A stretch of 64,000 nucleotides of DNA from an uncultured Clostridium sp. (GTDB taxonomy: Bacteria; Bacillota; Clostridia; TANB77; CAG-508), in contig CATZPY010000001.1 of assembly GCA_958422985.1 (NCBI GenBank), forward strand, positions 780 to 64,779, written 5' to 3'. Shown one piece after another: positions 62,396 through 64,000 of this stretch (its first letter is position 1; every line of letters begins with the position of its first letter). The notes under the pieces were generated by a model. It was not told the origin of the DNA and made no database searches. It worked only from the letters and a program-made list of their open reading frames with translations. Position numbers and translations under genes: made by a program.

Positions 62396-63001
62396 GTGAT
62401 ACAAACAATTTGTGATTCATTAGCACGTAAGATAACAGAATCTGTTAATGGATATGATGAAAGTAGAATAGAAGAAATTAGCTTTGGTCTACAATTACTA
62501 ATTGGTGAAATACCTAAGTTTTTTATTACATTTATTTTAGCATGGCTACTTAATATAATTGATTTAACCATAATTTCTTTTATGATAATTTTACCATACA
62601 GAATGTTTTCTGGAGGATTTCATTTAAATACACATTTAGGATGTATTATAGCAACAAACACAATGTATATTGGAAGTGCATATTTAGCTAAAATATTATA
62701 TTTTAGTGATAGTGTTAAATTTATTATGATAGCTATTACTTTTATATTTAGTTTTGCAATGATTTATAAATATGCACCTGCAGATACAGAAAATGTTCCA
62801 GTATTACAAAAGAAAGAGAGAAGAAAACGAAAGATATGGTCATTTATAATTGCAGGTACTGAGCTTGCAATTGCAGTAATTACACCGTATAGAGTAATTT
62901 CTAATATGATAATTATAGGAATTTTAATTCAAACATTAACAATAACTAAATTAGCATATAGAATTACAAAAAATAAGTATGGTTATGAAGTGTATGGATA
63001 G
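62396..63001 (+). CDS. agrB: AgrB-family accessory gene regulator (AgrD-processing membrane peptidase)
   Basis: 201 aa and polytopic. MFSGGFHLNTHLGC contains the conserved His...Cys. It is followed directly by an agrD-like ORF. Confidence 0.85.
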   Translation: MIQTICDSLARKITESVNGYDESRIEEISFGLQLLIGEIPKFFITFILAWLLNIIDLTIISFMIILPYRMFSGGFHLNTHLGCIIATNTMYIGSAYLAKILYFSDSVKFIMIAITFIFSFAMIYKYAPADTENVPVLQKKERRKRKIWSFIIAGTELAIAVITPYRVISNMIIIGILIQTLTITKLAYRITKNKYGYEVYG

Positions 63002-63049
63002 TAACCGAGGACTTAGCCTCGTACTATATAAAGAAAATAAAGGGGGAAG

Positions 63050-63175
63050 ATGGAAATGTTAAAAATGTTAGCAAAATTAGCAGAAAAGTATGCAAAATCA
63101 TCTAACACAGCATGTTTTGTTTTAGGAATATTACATCAACCAAAAATGCCTGCTAATATGATAAGAAAAGACTAA
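63050..63175 (+). CDS. agrD: AgrD-like autoinducing-peptide precursor (41 aa); not in the ORF track
   Basis: My own translation: MEMLKMLAKLAEKYAKSSNTACFVLGILHQPKMPANMIRKD. It has an amphipathic N-terminus, a single Cys and an HQPxxP tail. RBS AGGGGGAAG. Confidence 0.75.
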   Translation: MEMLKMLAKLAEKYAKSSNTACFVLGILHQPKMPANMIRKD

Positions 63176-63210
63176 AAACAATCAACATCCAAATTAAACA
63201 ACAAAAAAAT

Positions 63211-63240
63211 AAAAAATAAAGTATTATTACTTTATTTTTT
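63211..63240. terminator. AT-only bidirectional terminator-like hairpin
   Basis: aaaataaagta/tactttatttt flanked by A and T runs, between agrD and the convergent kinase. Confidence 0.45.
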
Positions 63241-63247
63241 ATTTGTT

Positions 63248-64000
63248 TTAAATTTTTAGTAAACTTGGTTTTGGTAAGTATATTTCTAATTGTTGTTTAA
63301 ATAATTCATCGTCTTTACTTGTAAACATTGCAAGATTATCATGTTTGTTTAATATTTTATTTACCTTCCAGAGTCCAAGTCCTGTATTATTTGGTTTTGT
63401 GGAATATGATTTTTCAAAAATTTTAAATGTATCTATATCTTTTTCATTATATGTATTTTCTACAATTACAAGTTGTCTATTTCTCCTGTAATCCATTAAA
63501 AAGCGTACATTTATATATTTTTTATTACATTCTTGTGCAGCTTCTATGCTATTATCTAATAATATTCCTAATATTCTAGTAAATTCGTAGGTATCTATAT
63601 GAAGAGAATTTAAATCTATAAAAACTCCAAGTTCAAATTGAATATTGTTTAAATTTGCTTTATTATATTTATCAGCTAAAATTGCATATATAGATGGATT
63701 ATTAATAATTTCTGGGTTAATAGCAGATAAATTATTAAGATTTTTACATTCATTAAATAATGACTTATAATATTTTGATAAACCTTCCATATCATTGGCA
63801 GTTATATATCCGCCCAATACCATTCATAATATTGTGAAAATCATGCTTGAATGCACGAATATTATCATACATTATTTTTAAGGTATTATTATATAGCGTA
63901 AGATTTTTTATATCTCTATTTGCAACTTCTAACTGTTTTGTTTTTATAATATTAAATATGCTAACAAAGAAATAAGCCAATAAACACATAATACTTAGTA
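63248..64000 (-). pseudogene. AgrC-like (HPK10, GHKL) sensor histidine kinase, split over two frames; N-terminus outside the window
   Basis: The H-box RAFKHDFHNIM is in the ORF 63792-63989, which stays open to the window edge. The ATPase domain (NTGLGLWKV) is in the ORF 63248-63823. The two frames overlap by about 30 nt. Confidence 0.7.

Overview
Very AT-rich chromosomal segment from a low-GC, endospore-forming Firmicute. It looks Clostridia-like: BofA, YaaL-like, SepF/DivIVA, DisA and agrBD are all present. Almost everything is core housekeeping on the + strand. In order: the 3' end of mfd, a TrmH-family methyltransferase, ldh, then a nearly complete S10-spc-alpha ribosomal superoperon (rpsJ to rplQ, with secY, adk, map, infA and an rpmJ that falls below the ORF-track cut-off). 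After that come glmS with its ribozyme (- strand), uvrC, deoD, pyrG, CIRCE-controlled groESL, mutL-miaA, sepF-divIVA, rsmD and ftsK/spoIIIE. The rest is a beta-CASP hydrolase, a GH15 enzyme, radA-disA, a cyclophilin, a NifS-like desulfurase, an NfeD/SPFH pair, a GH18 hydrolase, greA, a methyltransferase plus RluA-type synthase, and an agrB-agrD locus facing a convergent AgrC-like kinase. I found no rRNA, tRNA, CRISPR, transposase or integrase. The best candidate for something new is a small island between groEL and mutL. It holds an orphan cytoplasmic C39-like cysteine peptidase with atypical codon usage, convergent with two unannotated paralogous 40-codon peptide genes. Each peptide has 9 Cys, a single TM core, a strong RBS and a shared upstream CATACT motif. 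Other points worth a second look: two dispersed intergenic repeat families, one of them a roughly 75-nt terminator module with compensatory stem changes. The ribosomal operon has unusually long, hairpin-rich spacers, including a 2.3-copy tandem repeat between rplN and rplX. L30 is missing from its canonical slot, L17 and L23 carry insertions, and L24 carries a CxxC...CxxC motif. AgrD has 7 residues between its Cys and the HQP motif. Three single-base frame anomalies (pyrG 3' end, the start of an HlyD-like gene, the AgrC-like kinase) all sit at short homopolymers and may be assembly errors rather than biology.
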